Positions 26,101 to 40,384 of a stretch of 64,000 bases of DNA are shown in pieces. Origin of the DNA: Tubulanus polymorphus (Eukaryota > Animalia > Nemertea); NCBI RefSeq assembly GCF_964204645.1, contig NC_134025.1:15004001-15068000 (forward strand), given 5' to 3'. How positions within the stretch are numbered: the stretch's first letter is position 1; each line of letters begins with the position of its first letter. The notes beneath the pieces are model-generated. The model had not been told where the DNA came from. It made no database searches and worked only from the letters and a program-made list of their open reading frames with translations. Made by a program: the position numbers and the translations under genes.

Positions 26101-28603
26101 TATCGTGATGCTGACGTCGATCTTGTGATATTGTCTCATACAAGTAGTGATTATCATATTCAGAATAATTGTATTTAAGTATTTACCTATCTCAAGTATC
26201 AGGATGGAGAGTTTTTCCAATCATGCCAGCCACACACTTTGAGTTGCGATTCAGTGTTTGTTCCAGTAAATGATCACTGGAAACACAGCTGAATGGTGAT
26301 CCAGAACGACTGATGGCGTGTTCACCATCCATCAAAGCGAAGTGAACATCTGGTGCGATTGCTGGTAAATTCTTCATGTCAATCAAGTAAACCAAACTCC
26401 ACCTGAAATTGTGTATATTTCATTAAGCCTGCTTTGGTCTGTGTTACCTTACTGTCGACAAGTTTGAAAAGGAGCCATTCTTAAAATTTGATTCAAACTT
26501 AGACATACCTACTGTAATTAGGACGATCAGCGACAAAAAAATAGGGCACCATTTCTGTCATGGTCTCCAGATGTAATGGCCAATTCGCAGTTCTTTCAGC
26601 ACGGATGAAATTCAAGAGAATCCCGACCATGTCTAGATACTGTTGCCAGAATCGAAATGTTTTGGACTTCGTAATTCCTTCTTCTCTGAACTTTTTTAGT
26701 AATATCATTGTTGCGTCGATGCTGTCTCCTTTTTCTAGAAACTCCAATAGCAGTCTGGTCAAGGCTTCAAACATTAGTTTATGGCTACGTACACACCTAT
26801 TATAGTGTGCTCCGTCCATTATTCTTTTCACAGTAGCAGTACCATACACATCAGACTCAATGAGAACATCCTCAATTCCACTGCATCGATAGAGTTTCCC
26901 GATCACAGCTAAGAAACAAAGTATTACATGAAATCCTCCAAGTCGTATAACTGTGTCTTTGAATACATCAGGGTAGTGAAATTGGATATCCTTTGCTTTC
27001 ACGTATATTCCTAAGTCGAATGTTATTACACTATTCATCTGTCCTATCTGGTACATCATGTTTCCCAATTTGGCCGGCACACTAAATACAGTCTCATTTA
27101 AGGTTGGTGACTCAGGAATAATGTCACAGTATCGTACGTTGCAAAGAATTGGATCTATTCCACAACTTTTCATATTGTATACTGTCCACCCAGGAACCAG
27201 TTCGATTACTTCTAAATTAAACAGTGTATTAGAGACCGCGCGTTGTATAAGCCATATTGTATCTTCAGAGTTTTCAAATCGTTCTAATCCCTCAAGCCAT
27301 TCAGGATTAACTTTTCCAAACATCTCCTTTTCAACTCGTTTCAGGGGTTTGAATGGTATTCCTATTTTTTCATTCGCAGGGTGGATCATATCAAATGGAT
27401 ACCAAGTCCTTGATTCTGATGGTCTTCTTTGGTACAAAATCATTGATGTAAAGTGTGATGTATTTTTCCCATCAATCGTTTCTTCGCTGAAGTCTAAATT
27501 ATCAGCTACAGCATGAACAAACGTCCCGGGTACTATATTTTTTGGAATGTTACCAACTTCTCTTGTTTCTGCTTCCTTTTTGTCTAATAATTGCAGTTCT
27601 TGGTAACTGATGGAATGCCCCATTCTGTTCAACATCGATACTATCTGTTTGGAACCAGTGATATTCTTGATAGCAAATGCTAGTGAAATGTGCTTCGCAG
27701 TCTTCACACTTCCACCTGATATTGCATGAATTAGGTCTTGAGCAAAAGACAAAATAAGTCTATCAGTCTTCGAACTTGTAATAGGCCAGCATTTATCACC
27801 GCTACCACAATCACTTAATAAAGGGTCCAAAAACAAATACAAGTATTTTGGCAAACTGTTCCTGATGTCTTCATCCGTTGTTGATGGAGTTGCTGGAGGG
27901 TATTTTGATTCTTTAATTGAATTTCTAATTATCTTTGCAGTATGGTATATCGATGAGTTATCTACCATTTCATTATTCCACATTCCATCGCCGACATTAC
28001 TTTCCACGGACCCATTCCAATTCTTACTTATTTCTAAAAACCAGTCTTCTTTAGAAATATTGCTGCTACACACTATTTGCGAATCCTTTCGATTGAAACT
28101 GTCATAGAATTCAATTTCGTCGCCAAAATAATTGATCAGTCTTTCTTTCAAACTTCTTGGATAATCTTCTATCACCATACCATTCAGATGTAGATAAGAT
28201 ATGTACATTTCATGGAGCTCTGAAAGCTTGTTAAGTTGCTTCTTAGTTGTCAAACTTTCACCCACTTTTCCAATCAACATCTCAAACGATGTGTCATACG
28301 GTGTAGTGGAATCGCAAGATTTTCTTTTTTCAGCATGTACAAACTTCGACATTGGGGATGGTAAATAGCTTTTGTGAATTTAAAAGAATCTGTCAGTAAT
28401 ACTTGCATCTCAACATCATGTTATGTTTGGGCCTGCTTTAGGAAAGGTTCTATAGAACCTAACGAGCTCAGCTTGAATGTTTTCGAGAATCCCTTGCATT
28501 TATCTTTTTGACAGATGAAACAACGGCTCCAGTGGTGAGTTATCCTTGGTTTTTTACAATCGGGCTCATCATTCTCATCAAGGTTCTGGAAAAGAGAAAA
28601 CAA
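23169..28603 (-). pseudogene. Academ transposase - XPG/FEN1-like nuclease - Cys8 (CXC) protein, multi-exon, disrupted
   Basis: DNLDF, TFDLGIYVKA, RLGGFHVILCFL, DHLLEQTLNR (transposase); IIDG, EADCRLILHA, SPDTDVFVL, HSLTGCDSVS..GIGK (PIN/H3TH); CKCKVSCSGRCRC..CTDACQC..CEN; frameshifts and MITE insertion. Confidence 0.85.
23848..24445. mobile_element. 598-bp MITE (hAT-like termini) with 6-bp TSD, nested in the Academ ORF
   Basis: 14-bp TIR CAGAGTTGCCACTT/AAGTGGCAACTCTG; TSD ATATTT at 23842-23847 and 24446-24451; removing it restores FAKKLN-MQHLHFKTG in frame. Confidence 0.9.
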
Positions 28604-28684
28604 TTAAAAGCAACTTAAAATTACCAATTCACGTTGTCTTCACCAAGCTACATTTTGACTACATATTATCGCACCACACACACG

Positions 28685-28927
28685 TAGGGGCTGATCTAGC
28701 GTCTAAGTTTCTTTTTTGGGGGGGGGGAGGGAAGGGCACCTACAGTAGACACCATCATCTGCGTCGCACTAAGAAGGGGCTGTCTGAAAATCTTGGAATT
28801 ATCATGCCATTTAAGTGCATTCTGAGCACAGCTGAGAACATTTTACTATACAATTTCTACAATTTTAGGGCACTTGAACATTTTAGGGGGAGTGCGCACC
28901 CCCTGCAAACCCTTAGATCCGCCCCTG
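28685..28927. mobile_element. Short hAT-like MITE inside Academ
   Basis: Imperfect TIR TAGGGGCTGATCTAG ... TTAGATCCGCCCCTG; TSD not resolved. Confidence 0.5.
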
Positions 28928-30029
28928 ACACCAGTCACGACACACATGCACCACACATCAAAAACACAATTGGGCGAAAACGGCCAGTGCTGGATATGAA
29001 CTAGGCTAAGGCAATCTAAATGGTAGCCTACCTAATTTGAGTATTATGAGGTGGCTTTTTTATCCTTTTTCTCATATGAAACACTAAAGGCTACGTAAAC
29101 AGACCTTAGGGTTGGAAAAGTTCTTGCAAATTACATATCACTTGTTTATTTCATGTTTTAATTAAAGATTTATGTCTTACCATTTTGTACTCCATCCTGT
29201 TTAATTCATCAACCTTCATATTTCCATTGATCTTCATATTCATCAGTTTATATTCTTTAAAAATAGTTGCTATGCGGTATAAACTTTGTCTGTTGTCAAA
29301 CTATCATGGAAACAAAGATATAGGGGACTGGTCACAGCTACCTGCTAAAAACTTTCTTATGGCAAACTACTAAATACTTCCATGTTGCCATGGTAACAGT
29401 TCAATAACAATGGGGGATGGGTATCATATAATTTATCGGTGGGTTAATTACTCGCAATAAAATGTTGGAATGGTACATCGAACAAATGTTGTTTCAATTA
29501 TTTTATCAAAAAGTCACCATCGCTATTCAACATATTGAACTACGTAATGTTGCCACCAAACTATGCAAATTATTGGATTCAGGGGTACATAGAATCTAGT
29601 TGAAATGTCCAAATTTCTCAAACTCGGTGTCGTTAGATGCATAGTCAACCCCTCTTCAATAAAACATAATTTCTATTTGTTTAATATTTTTGTATCCAAC
29701 GAAATATACTCAAATAATGAGTGACATCGTTCATTATGTAACCAAAATATATGATTAATGCGTTTCCATGGCTACAACAATGAATTTTTTGAAGAGTTAA
29801 TATAATACCGAGTTAACACCTTGGCTGAACTTGTCAGACCAGTATCTCATTTAACCATCCGTTTTGATATCCATGCCCAAATGATAGTGTTTTAATCATG
29901 GAAACGACATTAAAATGAATGAATAGTAGTTGCTATAGCAACGATTTTCAAGGTCACGCCTGCAAAATCTTGACCAATGATAATTGGATCCCGGTACTTG
30001 AGATCAAGGGCTACCTTCAAAAAACCTTC

Positions 30030-30515
30030 CGAGTCCTGTAGCTTCCTACTGGTTTGCTATTTCTCATTGCAATTGCTGATGGGTATTCTTTGGAAAGGGA
30101 TGTTTTATACCCGAGACAGGTATTTTTTATCAGCCAATTATGATGCAATTGGCGGCCATCTTGGTGTCATTAGTACTCATTCGTAGGTGGGAAAAAGTTT
30201 TTCGACGTTATATTGATACGTAAGTATATTTTGTTACAACAATGAATTAGAAAGTGGGTTTTGAATATGGTCACCAGGGGGCGTTGATTAGTAGAATATC
30301 TTAGTATTTCCATATTAAATTGGTAACAAGGCATTTTTTTATCACAATCAATTAAAAAATTGTAGCTGCTGACATGTTTTATGATTGTGTTGAGTTTCAA
30401 GGTCATTGGTTTTTGTATATGGTCACCAGGGGGCGTTGAAAATTGAAATTGTTAGATTGTTGAGCATTTGAAACCACTTCCCAAGTGGGCATGGTGTCCC
30501 TGGACCCCCCTAGTT
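30030..30515 (+). mobile_element. HINE-like repeat, 3' part
   Basis: Same family as 5914; ends CCCAAGTGGGCATGGTGTCCCTGGACCCCCTAGTTTT. Confidence 0.65.
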
Positions 30516-32364
30516 TTACTTTTAAACAGGTCCTTAAGTAAAATTGCTAAAAATATTTTATATCGTTACATTATTAACTGTGTTTGTAATGACAAATAAT
30601 GTGTTATAATCAGGACTTTATGTAATGTTAATTTTTCATTGAGAGATTTTATATTGCAATATTTTTGAAAATGTTATCAATAAAGTTTGATGAAGTCGGA
30701 CAACCATTTTTCGTCTTCTCTGTGAAGTTTTTGCTGTGACTGTTATTCACTTAAGAGGTTTAAGAGGTATTCACTGATATGCAGTTTGAAACTGAAGTGG
30801 TTGTATAGAGCATCAAAAAAAAACCTCAAAAGGAATTACCAGCAAAAAGTTTCAGCTCATATGGATCTTTGTGAAAATAAGCCCAGAAAACAAGCATATT
30901 TTAAAAATAGGACAGTTTTGAATTCTAAATTACATTTCAGCACAAGTGATGACATATGTATTTGTTCTACATGTAAATGTAATTGATACGTTTAAAAACA
31001 TTGATCCAGCCAGCCCGGCGAGGCGGGACCTGTTCCTTTTCCCAAACTGGAACTTCCGATTATCTCGACAAAGTCTCAAGGTCCATGGACTTCTTGTTTC
31101 GGAATATTTTTTGTAGTCTTCATCCAGATAATGAGATGAATAGGACGTAATCCATTTTATGAACATATGATTTTATTTGGATATATCTTTCTCATATATC
31201 CTTACAAACAAATTAAGCCTAAAAGACTTTTAGAAACGATGTGTTTTGAGAGTAGCTGTTATGGTAGGAGTTACTCTGACATAGTCACTATTTACAGGCG
31301 AGTGGTTTTACAGTCACATTGACTGCTAGGGTGCACTATCGAAACCAGATGTTTTAAAATGGTCACTTTTCAATAGTAGACTCTTCGAAAACAGCCACTA
31401 TAAAAAAAACAAACCGAATTGAAAGGAATACTATTTCAGGGTGACTGTTTTGAAATGTATACTACTGGAAAAGTAGCCAATATCGTTAATTGCTTATTTT
31501 TCTCAAGTGTCTACTAAGTAAAAGTAGACGTTTGGGCTCGAAAGTGCGATAGACGTGTTCTTGGATTCAGCCTTTCATATCTAGCCAATCAGATTCGTGC
31601 TAATGATATAATGACTCTGCCGGTGAAAAACGTTGCATCCGATAGACTTAGTATCTAGACTCGTGGCCGCATTTCAGAAGTATAACAGGAACAAGGGCAG
31701 AGAAATGTTTGGGGTGATAGAGTTGGTGGGAAGGACGCTATATAATCGCGATTATTCCACTTCATTTGACTTTTGTTGTCAGGGCACCACAGTACTGGGG
31801 AATCCTGCTTTGTTGTGGTAACAGAAGTGCACGTTTACACGTCGGGGATTGAATCAATTTGGCAGTGTAGGTCTGTACATGAGAAGGTACAAAAATAGTA
31901 CTTCAAGTACTATTTTTAACTTAAGTACTTAACTTAAGTAACTAAAATATATTTTTGAAAGTGGTTTATTTATTCACAAAATTTCTTAGGCTTACAGGAT
32001 ACTTTCCCACCATTTAACAGAATAGAAAATTATGTCCCCTATCGTACTGCTCGGAAATCGTTTTTCTCTGAACAATTTAGGTAGTCCCGAGTATTCCAAG
32101 ATATGCGGAGTCTACTGTATTATCAGATTGTTGAGCATTTTCGTGCAACTTCTCAGGTGGAACATTGCTGTTTCCTGTTTCAGTATGGGATAGTGCGATC
32201 ATATAATGGTTTTTACTGATTTTTCTTTTCTATTTGTACATCTGAAATCGTTTGCTTCTATCACTCGCAGACTAAAACAATCTTATGTCCCTTTTCACCT
32301 GGTGACATTCTTGGAATGTTTGTGTTATGTGCAATATTTTGTAACTTGTTTTCATTAATTTCAG

Positions 32365-33727
32365 AGCGAAAGTACATTCCGATTCGTCAATGATGAGTTC
32401 TAGGGTTTACAGGTGTAATCTCTGCGATTATCGAAGTGACCAATTAGATGAATGCAGACGCCACATCAGAAGTCATACGAATGATATATTTCGTTCAGAG
32501 GAAATCAGAACTCATGAGGCAATATCTGTCAGCAAAGCATCCATTGAAGTTGAAGAAAAACAATGTGACTCGCAAGATCAAGCTTTTTCTTGTTCTGAAT
32601 GTGGTTTTCTCACATTGTCAAAATGTGAGTTGGAAAGCCACCAGTTAAGACATTCGGAGGATGAGGATTTTGAATGCTACCTTTGTTCATTTCGTTCTGG
32701 TACTTTATTAGATTTGCACACTCATTTAGAGAAAAGGCATGATCAACAGGCAGTTCATATGGCATTGCAGCTTCGGCGCTACTCTAAGGATGTACATCAG
32801 AGTACTTTGAATGACAAATACCGCTTAAAAGTTACAAAAGAAGGAGATTGTAGTGCATATAACGGGAACAATGCAGGATATAACTATAACAATAATATTG
32901 ATGCTGTTTATGAAAAGACGCCAGAATCTGATAATGTACATGGCCATGAGATAGAGATGCACTGTTTCATAAATTCAAATTTGGATGGTGAAATATTTCA
33001 CGAGACAAACAATAACAATGGCGATAAGCAGCAACTCATATCTCCTAGGAAAATATTTTGTGATGAAAATCTGGGATCTAGGAATAATAACACATCCAGA
33101 TATCCAACAAGTTTGCATGAAACAGAATATTCAATGCCATTAAACGTTTCAATAGCACACCAATCCATGTTGGTGACAACTGGGCAGTACCTATCTTTTC
33201 CGAGTGGAACAAGTATAGTAAAACCATCTTTATTTTCTTCAGTGCTGAGGCCAACATTCAAATTCCCAAGTCTGGCATCACCGTCATCAAATAATGTAGA
33301 ATTTACTCTACATAAACCTCCAACTGTGGAATATCAGTCAGCTGTAGCATTTTCTCACATGCCCAGCTCTTCTAGTCAGATGTCAGAGGAATCGATTGAG
33401 ATAAAGAAACTGTCACCAAATGAGGATGAAACAACTCTAAGTGATAAAAGTCCACGTAGTTTCAATAAATGTAGAATATGTAAATTTGAAACTTACAATC
33501 GCAAACTTTATCGTGATCATCTACAAGAGTGTTATAAGAATCGTCTACGACTGGGGAAAAAGATGCATCATTGTCAAATATGTAGTTACATGACTAGTCG
33601 GTTGGGGAACTTGAAACGCCACGAATGGACTGTTCACAAGAAGCCAAAGCCTGTAAGACTTTTATCTTCCCTTCTCCCCCACCAATTACACAATATCTGT
33701 CTGGATACAGATAAAGAAACATCATGA
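32365..33727 (+). CDS. Host C2H2 zinc-finger protein, terminal coding exon
   Basis: Acceptor tttcag at 32364; 445-aa ORF with about five C2H2-type fingers (YRCNLCDY..H..SH, FSCSECGF..H..RH, FECYLCSF..H..RH, HHCQICSY..RHEWTVH); AC+A junction with the first exon gives a 699-aa protein. Confidence 0.85.
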
Positions 33728-35380
33728 CATTTCAGTCAATACAGTTAAAATCCGTCATCTTTTATAATGCCACAAATTTGATCAATTTTACTTAAACTCA
33801 ATTATAATACCATTCTTTCTAATGCTAAATTCATTATGACGCCATGTTTTTCATTGGGCCCAACGGTGGCGTTACAAAGGACTTTTAGTGTACTTAATTA
33901 CCCAAAGATTCCGTATACTAACAAATACATCTGAACACAAGCTTCCGTTTTATTGGTTTTGATTATAACTCTTTCAGTGCCCAGTTGACTTGTTGACAGA
34001 TTATTTTAGGTCATACAGTGCCCTGTCGACGGAAGTCATTATTTCAAAAAGCAGTTTTATTTTTCGTTGAGAAATCAGGTGAGAAACCTGCTGCTAGATG
34101 GCTTGATTAAATGGCGGTGCTCATTAGTTTGTTTTGATGATGCGTTTTTGTGCTGTTGCGATTGAAATTATTTGAGTTTTTGTTTTTAATAATTTATTGT
34201 ATGTTTAGCTTCGTTTGCGATAGTGGAGCAGGCTTTCAACTTATATAATATTGCGGTACGTTTTTCAAATGGCATTCAGATAAAAAGTTTTTTGAAATAA
34301 AATAATTATAATTTATCGTGAATAATTATTTAGAATATTACAGTAGAAGGTGAGAACTGTGTTTTCTGTTTAGTAGAAATTGTAATAGATTTAAATTTCT
34401 GACCGGAGTTTATGACCTGATACTAAGCAGCAAACTATTGTTTCGCTGAGTGTGTAAGTCGAGGTCAATATTTTAGTGGCAAGATCTGGGGTTTAAAATG
34501 ATCCACTTACATATAGGTATATTATATGGTACCGATAGCTTGCACAGCCCTAGATTGGAAGAGGTTGCCAAGACTTTCAATATTCAGCCACCCTCTGATT
34601 GGTGGTATCATATGAATTTTTAATCTAATTTTTTTTCATATTGTGAAGAATAAATATTTTCTCGAAATTGTTATCCTACCTACCTGTACCCTACAAATTT
34701 TGGATATGGGCCGTAAACAAATGTATATTTTCGGCCTTATTTTACTTCAAAATAATTCTTTGATAAAGATTTAGGCCTAATACAATGTAAAATCGAACTT
34801 GTAAAATGAACTTATGAACTCAGTAAGTTTTCATAGGTAATGCCCTTGCCAAAGAAGCTCCAGTATTCAAGGTAAACCACTTTGCCCATGGGCGATATTT
34901 TGCATTTGAAAGTACCCGTAGTGGGTACCTATCCACAAATAACAGAACTGGCTACACATAGGTCACATAACCTGATTATAGGCTCATTTCCTAATTATGA
35001 TAACGTGTAATCTTGTTTCTGACAGTAGAAATAAAATATTCCATAGTGCGTTGTTAGCTGATGCTAGATACCATATTTGTTCATTTTCATACTTGAAATT
35101 TAGGGAATTATCAAATAAATAGGTTACTGAGCTATAATTCATGCAAATTAGTTCATTTGCATAAGACGTAGATCACTTTCAGCAAAATAAATCATTGCCA
35201 AAATCTTCAAGAGCCATACCCTACAAACCTTTCAATTAAAATAAAGTTCTATTCATATAGTTTTCACTTGACAGAGCTCCAAAGGTACTATTGATTTTCC
35301 TACTCTTTAGTAAAAAATGTTGGGCACTCTGAGGGCTTTTCCCAAATCACATGTGGACACTGAAAGAGTTAAAATAACCT

Positions 35381-35617
35381 CAGGGGCTCGTATTTGAAGT
35401 TTGGGGGTGAACTGTAGCCTAGATCATCCAATATCCAAGATACTATATGTATATAAAGAAAAGGGTGGAAACTCGTATACTGACACTTCGATTTAAATTT
35501 GCTATTTCTCCTAAAATATCCAAAGGATGTTTTCTTGAAGGCCATTGGATAAAGTTTCACCACTCATAATCGCGATAAAATGCGTCGTAGATTGCAATTG
35601 CTGTGGCAGCAAAAATC

Positions 35618-35703
<86 letters not shown>

Positions 35704-35776
35704 TATATATATAGTTACTTGGATATTGGATTATCTAAGCTACAGTTCACCCCCAAACTTCAGATACGAGCCCCTG
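35381..35776. mobile_element. MITE with ~58-bp TIRs enclosing a (TA)n microsatellite (~35622-35712)
   Basis: CAGGGGCTCGTATTTGAAGTTTGGGGGTGAACTGTAGC ... GCTACAGTTCACCCCCAAACTTCAGATACGAGCCCCTG. Confidence 0.8.
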
Positions 35777-38082
35777 TGAAAATAACTTGCTTACAAATGC
35801 ATATAGGCGAGGTCCATTTGACAAAGAGTGACCTGGCAGATTAAAGTCAGTTTAAGATTAAAGAAGGAAGTCTCGGCGCATAGATTAGTATGAGTTATGC
35901 GCTATATAAGTAATAAATTATTATTGCTATAATGATAATGATAATTATTATTAGTAAAGCAGTGAACGGCGTTTCTCTGTGATTGGCTTAGCAACAGATA
36001 TACGCAGTTGTGCACGTTAGCCTACGGTATAATATATTCTTTCATAACCATTGATGAAACACTATGTCCGTGTTTTGACGAATTAGAGCCCCACCCTAAC
36101 ATAACAGGAAAGATGAAATCCAAGAAAAAAGTTTCCTTCACATTACAGTTGAAACGTCGAATCATTAAAATTATTAGTTTAACGGAAACTTTAAGGATTT
36201 CATCTTTCTTGTTATATTAGTGTGGGATCCTCTATTTATATAATATTTTACTTCCAGGTTTATTTTACGATTAAAAATTGTATTTCCAACTCGATTTCTG
36301 TGAAATTTATTTTAGAAGCTGATTCAGGTTGTGGGAGGACTATTTAAGTGCACAAAAGACACTTTGCCTTTGATTCATGTGTATTTATAAGTAAAATGGC
36401 TATATGTCATATATATAAGTTCAGCGCATACATGAATGCTCAAATGATTAATTTGCCAGATGTTTGATTCCAGCTTCCATTGAATTTTTTACACAGCAAA
36501 AAACCCACAAAATCCAGTTCAATTCATTTTTGTTTTGAAAAAATCATGAGATCTAATTAAATTAGTTTTATTCAGAAAAATCAAATTTGAATTATATTCA
36601 GCAAAAGTTATGCAAATTGTTTAGACAAATAAATCTGAAATATTTGTCAGAACGTTCCATTGGCAAATTAAGACATTGAATGTAGAATTCAAGAATAAGT
36701 CAGTCCTATCTAATCTATCTAATGAATTCAAGCAGATACAGTGGAAACTCGTTACGAACTGCTGGAGGAAAAATAAAAAGTGCGTAATATCCGATGGTTC
36801 GTTAGATCCGTTTCACATCATGTATGAAAAGAGAACACCCCCTGGTGTGATGAAACACGAACCAACTGGTTTCATTGGAGTAGGCCTACTATTTAAGTAT
36901 AAATACTGTCGGCTAATTAATCGCTAATTGACAAATAAACTATGAAATAAAATACAAGTTTAAACCAAATTCAGATATGCTCTCTGTTAAATTTAATGAG
37001 TCCCTCCTAGGGGATGCGACGGAATGAAATGAATATCCAGGAAATATATAAAAACGCTATGCCGGTTAAAACGTCAGAACAATAAACTTCGGAGCGTTAA
37101 GTCCCTTATTCAATTTCTCTGATGGTCTCAATCGTTTTGCGAAGTACGTTTTAATTATGTGCATATCACTGTTTAAACTGGCTGAAACAATGACCGACTG
37201 CTGTGCTTCAAATTGTAGCAGCCAGCAACATATTGTAAATCTGTATCGCTAATCTAGAATTAAATAAAGCAACACTGTCTCTCGGTTTGAAACTGACAAT
37301 AAATAAACAAGTGTGATTGATCGTGGCCTAGTGATCGTAAGAACCGATGAAAATATGTAATAGGACTTCCAAAACTAAGGCATCTTCACCCGTCAAGGGA
37401 TTCGGACCCACTTCGCTAAAGCTGTTACCCGAACCCCTTGACCTCACGAGTCGTTGGAGTCGTTACTAGCCGACCAGAATCCGGTCGTACCAATCACAGC
37501 GCTTGTAACAAACCGTCAGTAGACTTCTGTTGGTTTTCCCGTTAAATTGACCAATCAGCGAACGTTTTACCGAACAAGGAAGTATTTCGCAAATCGGTAT
37601 ATGACGTCACGCGCAATAGCGCCAGTAATGAAATCACGCTTCGTGAGGCAAGGGGGCTGGTGGAAGCGAGTTCGGGAGTGATACCGGACCCCTGGCAAGC
37701 GAGGATGAAACCAAGGTCGTTATAACCGAAAGTTCGTTAGAAAAGGGTCGCATGTTTCCGATGATATTTTACTTTGGATGTGAGAAGGATTTGGCCGGGG
37801 ACTTTTAGGCCAGCCGTAGCTGAGCTTATTACTATACATATGGAGCGAATTTAAATGACATGGTTTCCAGAGTAAAGGCTCTGCATATATTCATACAAAT
37901 CATTCATTAGAGCATTAACTATTCTCCAACCCCTATGAAGCTGAATTTTGAAAGAGGGCCTCGTTAAAATTTATATGACATTTTCCGCGAAAATCTGATC
38001 GCAAAGATATCTGTTTTAAAAAGCCAATCAGAAAGCAAAGACTCCTCTATGATTGGCTTAGCCGCAGAGATCAGCAGGTGTT

Positions 38083-38598
38083 CAATTCAATTCAATACAT
38101 TTATTTGCATAGAATACAATATGTAAACATATATACAATCTACCCAGGCTTAGCGAAGCCAGAAAGGCCGCTTAACGCTTGCACCCATACAAAAAACAAA
38201 GCAAAGTACCATAACAAAAATATACACAAGTTATACAAATATAATTAACATTATGACTCAGCAGAATGTGGATGCTAATTATTTTGTGATTGATTAATTA
38301 TTATACAGTTTGGGGATTCAATAATTTAAATAACAGTTATAGCAGTTGATATTATTGCAACATTTAGATTACTATAAGTGGAGATGAGATGAGGTCTTTA
38401 ACATACATTTTATGGATGATTTACTTCGGAGGTCGATAACGTTTCTAATTGGTAATGTTCTCCATATATTTGCAAGATATTCTTTCGGTGATTTTGTTTC
38501 TTTAAAATGTGGGTTTGTAAGTGAAGAATAGTTGTGGTCGAGGTGAATGCTTTTAATGATTAGATAGTTTGTTGAGAGAAGATCTGCAGTAAAAAGTT
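38083..38598 (-). mobile_element. 5'-truncated LINE 3' end
   Basis: Minus strand ends in (ATTGA)n tail after AATAAA; upstream reads ..YLANIWRTLPI.., like a LINE ORF2 C-terminus. Confidence 0.5.
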
Positions 38599-38893
38599 TT
38601 TGAAGTATTTTGGAGGGTTGTATTTCCGTCGAGTACTTTACCCTTTCCTATGGTTTTTGCCAATATTTTCTAAATTTGGATTGATCGCCAATGGTTTTTC
38701 TATACGACCCGGCCCTGCGGTATTGCATTTTCGCCATAAAAATCTAGGAATTAGGAATATAAGGGAGTTTTCACGCTCATAACGGTGAGTCCGTTCGGTT
38801 TGGGGGTTATCCCTGGTTTCTATTTTTCCGTAATAATTTTATTTACAAATATAATTTAATTGAATTGAATTAATTATTGTGACAGAAATAATT

Positions 38894-39645
38894 ATGCCGC
38901 CCCCTCCTAAGGGTCAACATCGTGGCGGTGAGGGATGCGGGCATTTGTTCGGCGCCTGGGACAATCACGATTCGTGTGCGTCTTGCAGGCGCAAATCTGG
39001 ACAAATCTGTGCAAGGAGTAATCCTTGCAAGATTTGCGAGGTGTGGTCCGAGGACCTTAGGCTTCGGGCCGATAAGGCTCTGAAGCTAAGAGATCGTCGT
39101 CGATTTAATAGTAGGCATTCGTCGGTTTCGGCCGACGTCTCTAATTATATTACTAATCGTATAGCGGAGCGGTCGCCGATCGTTCTGGTACGATCGGCTT
39201 CCCAACTCCGTTCACCGGGGAGGAACGCCGTCACCGGTCTCCGGTCATTCACCGGTCGTTGGTCGTTCGCCGGTTCGGCCGGTTCAGACTATATGTTCTG
39301 AACCAAGCGCGCATCGCGGTAGTCGGGATCGGCCGGCACCGGTCCGGTCCAGACGTCATCCGGTTCAAAACTTCCGCTTCGTACATCGTCTGATTCTGAT
39401 CGTCGCTCCGGGGATAGAGCTCGCTCTCCCACTAGATCCAGACGCCTTGAGCGTAATAAACGCACAAGGTCTCCTTCTCGCAGATCAAGGTTTGATCGCG
39501 AGAGGGATTACGATCATTATTGCAGGAAGTTTCGCCGTCGGTCTTCTCATCGTTCGTCGACGTCGGTTAGCGATGAAGGCGATTCTTCTAGCAGGTCTCG
39601 ATCCCGTTCGAGGGACCGTCACCGAAGTCGGGATACGGGAAAAGG
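38894..39645 (+). pseudogene. DIRS gag N-terminus (Cys/His finger + RS-rich region)
   Basis: CGHLFGAWDNHDSCASCR..C....C..C..W motif typical of DIRS ORF1, followed by Arg/Ser-rich frames with frameshifts. Confidence 0.7.
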
Positions 39646-40384
39646 TAAGATTCAAGAATAGGGGACTAGGTTGTTAATACAATTTATATCAACCCGCCAT
39701 CTAAATAATTACCTCCACTGTAATTTGCATTAATTACTACAACAGCCGACGTTTTTTGGTCAAAGTAATAGACTACTTAGAAACCACAACAACCCAAACT
39801 AATCCGTCAATATAATCACAAATAAACGAACACGGCCCGCCATGACCGTCAAACCATCCGACTACTATCATCTGAAGCGGGGTGTCCAGCGGGCGCAACG
39901 GAAAAGCCGCCAATGATACAATATCAACCAGTAATTTAACACCCGTTCTTTGGATAAATGGAAAACAACATTACGGTGACAAAAACAGACACCACACAAA
40001 AATGAAGAGACAACAAAATAAGGGGGCACCTCCATATTCACAATTCACATGCCAAAGAACAAGGACTTTGTGTAGATATTCCCCCCCCCCCCAATTTTCA
40101 TGAAACAACCACAAACAACTCATCAATTACTTATTCATAACAACTAATTTTATTTACTTACGGTACATAAAACAAAATTAATACAATCCTCAAATTTAAT
40201 GCATCAAATTAAATAAGCAATCAAACCTACGATCTTAACACACAGTCCCAGTACCGTACACTCACTCTCACTCACAGTACACGCTTACACTCACACTAAA
40301 TTATTAGACACTCATTCTCACTCGTACTCAAACTACACACTCTCACCTACGAGCAATTATCTAGTTTAGATAATTGCTCGTAGC

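Larger units (their letters stand above)
22122..29844 (-). mobile_element. AcademX DNA transposon (~7.7 kb) with ~470-bp TIRs
   Basis: TIRs 22122-22591 and 29381-29844 (TACTGGTCTGACAAG...CTTGTCAGACCAGTA); encodes transposase, XPG/FEN-like nuclease and Cys8 finger; no clear TSD. Confidence 0.85.

Noticed and set aside
27058-27516. 152-aa + strand ORF (also 26560, 27865, 25047)
   Set aside because: Antisense to the Academ transposase
35545-35844. ORF with (IY)n
   Set aside because: Translation of the (TA)n microsatellite
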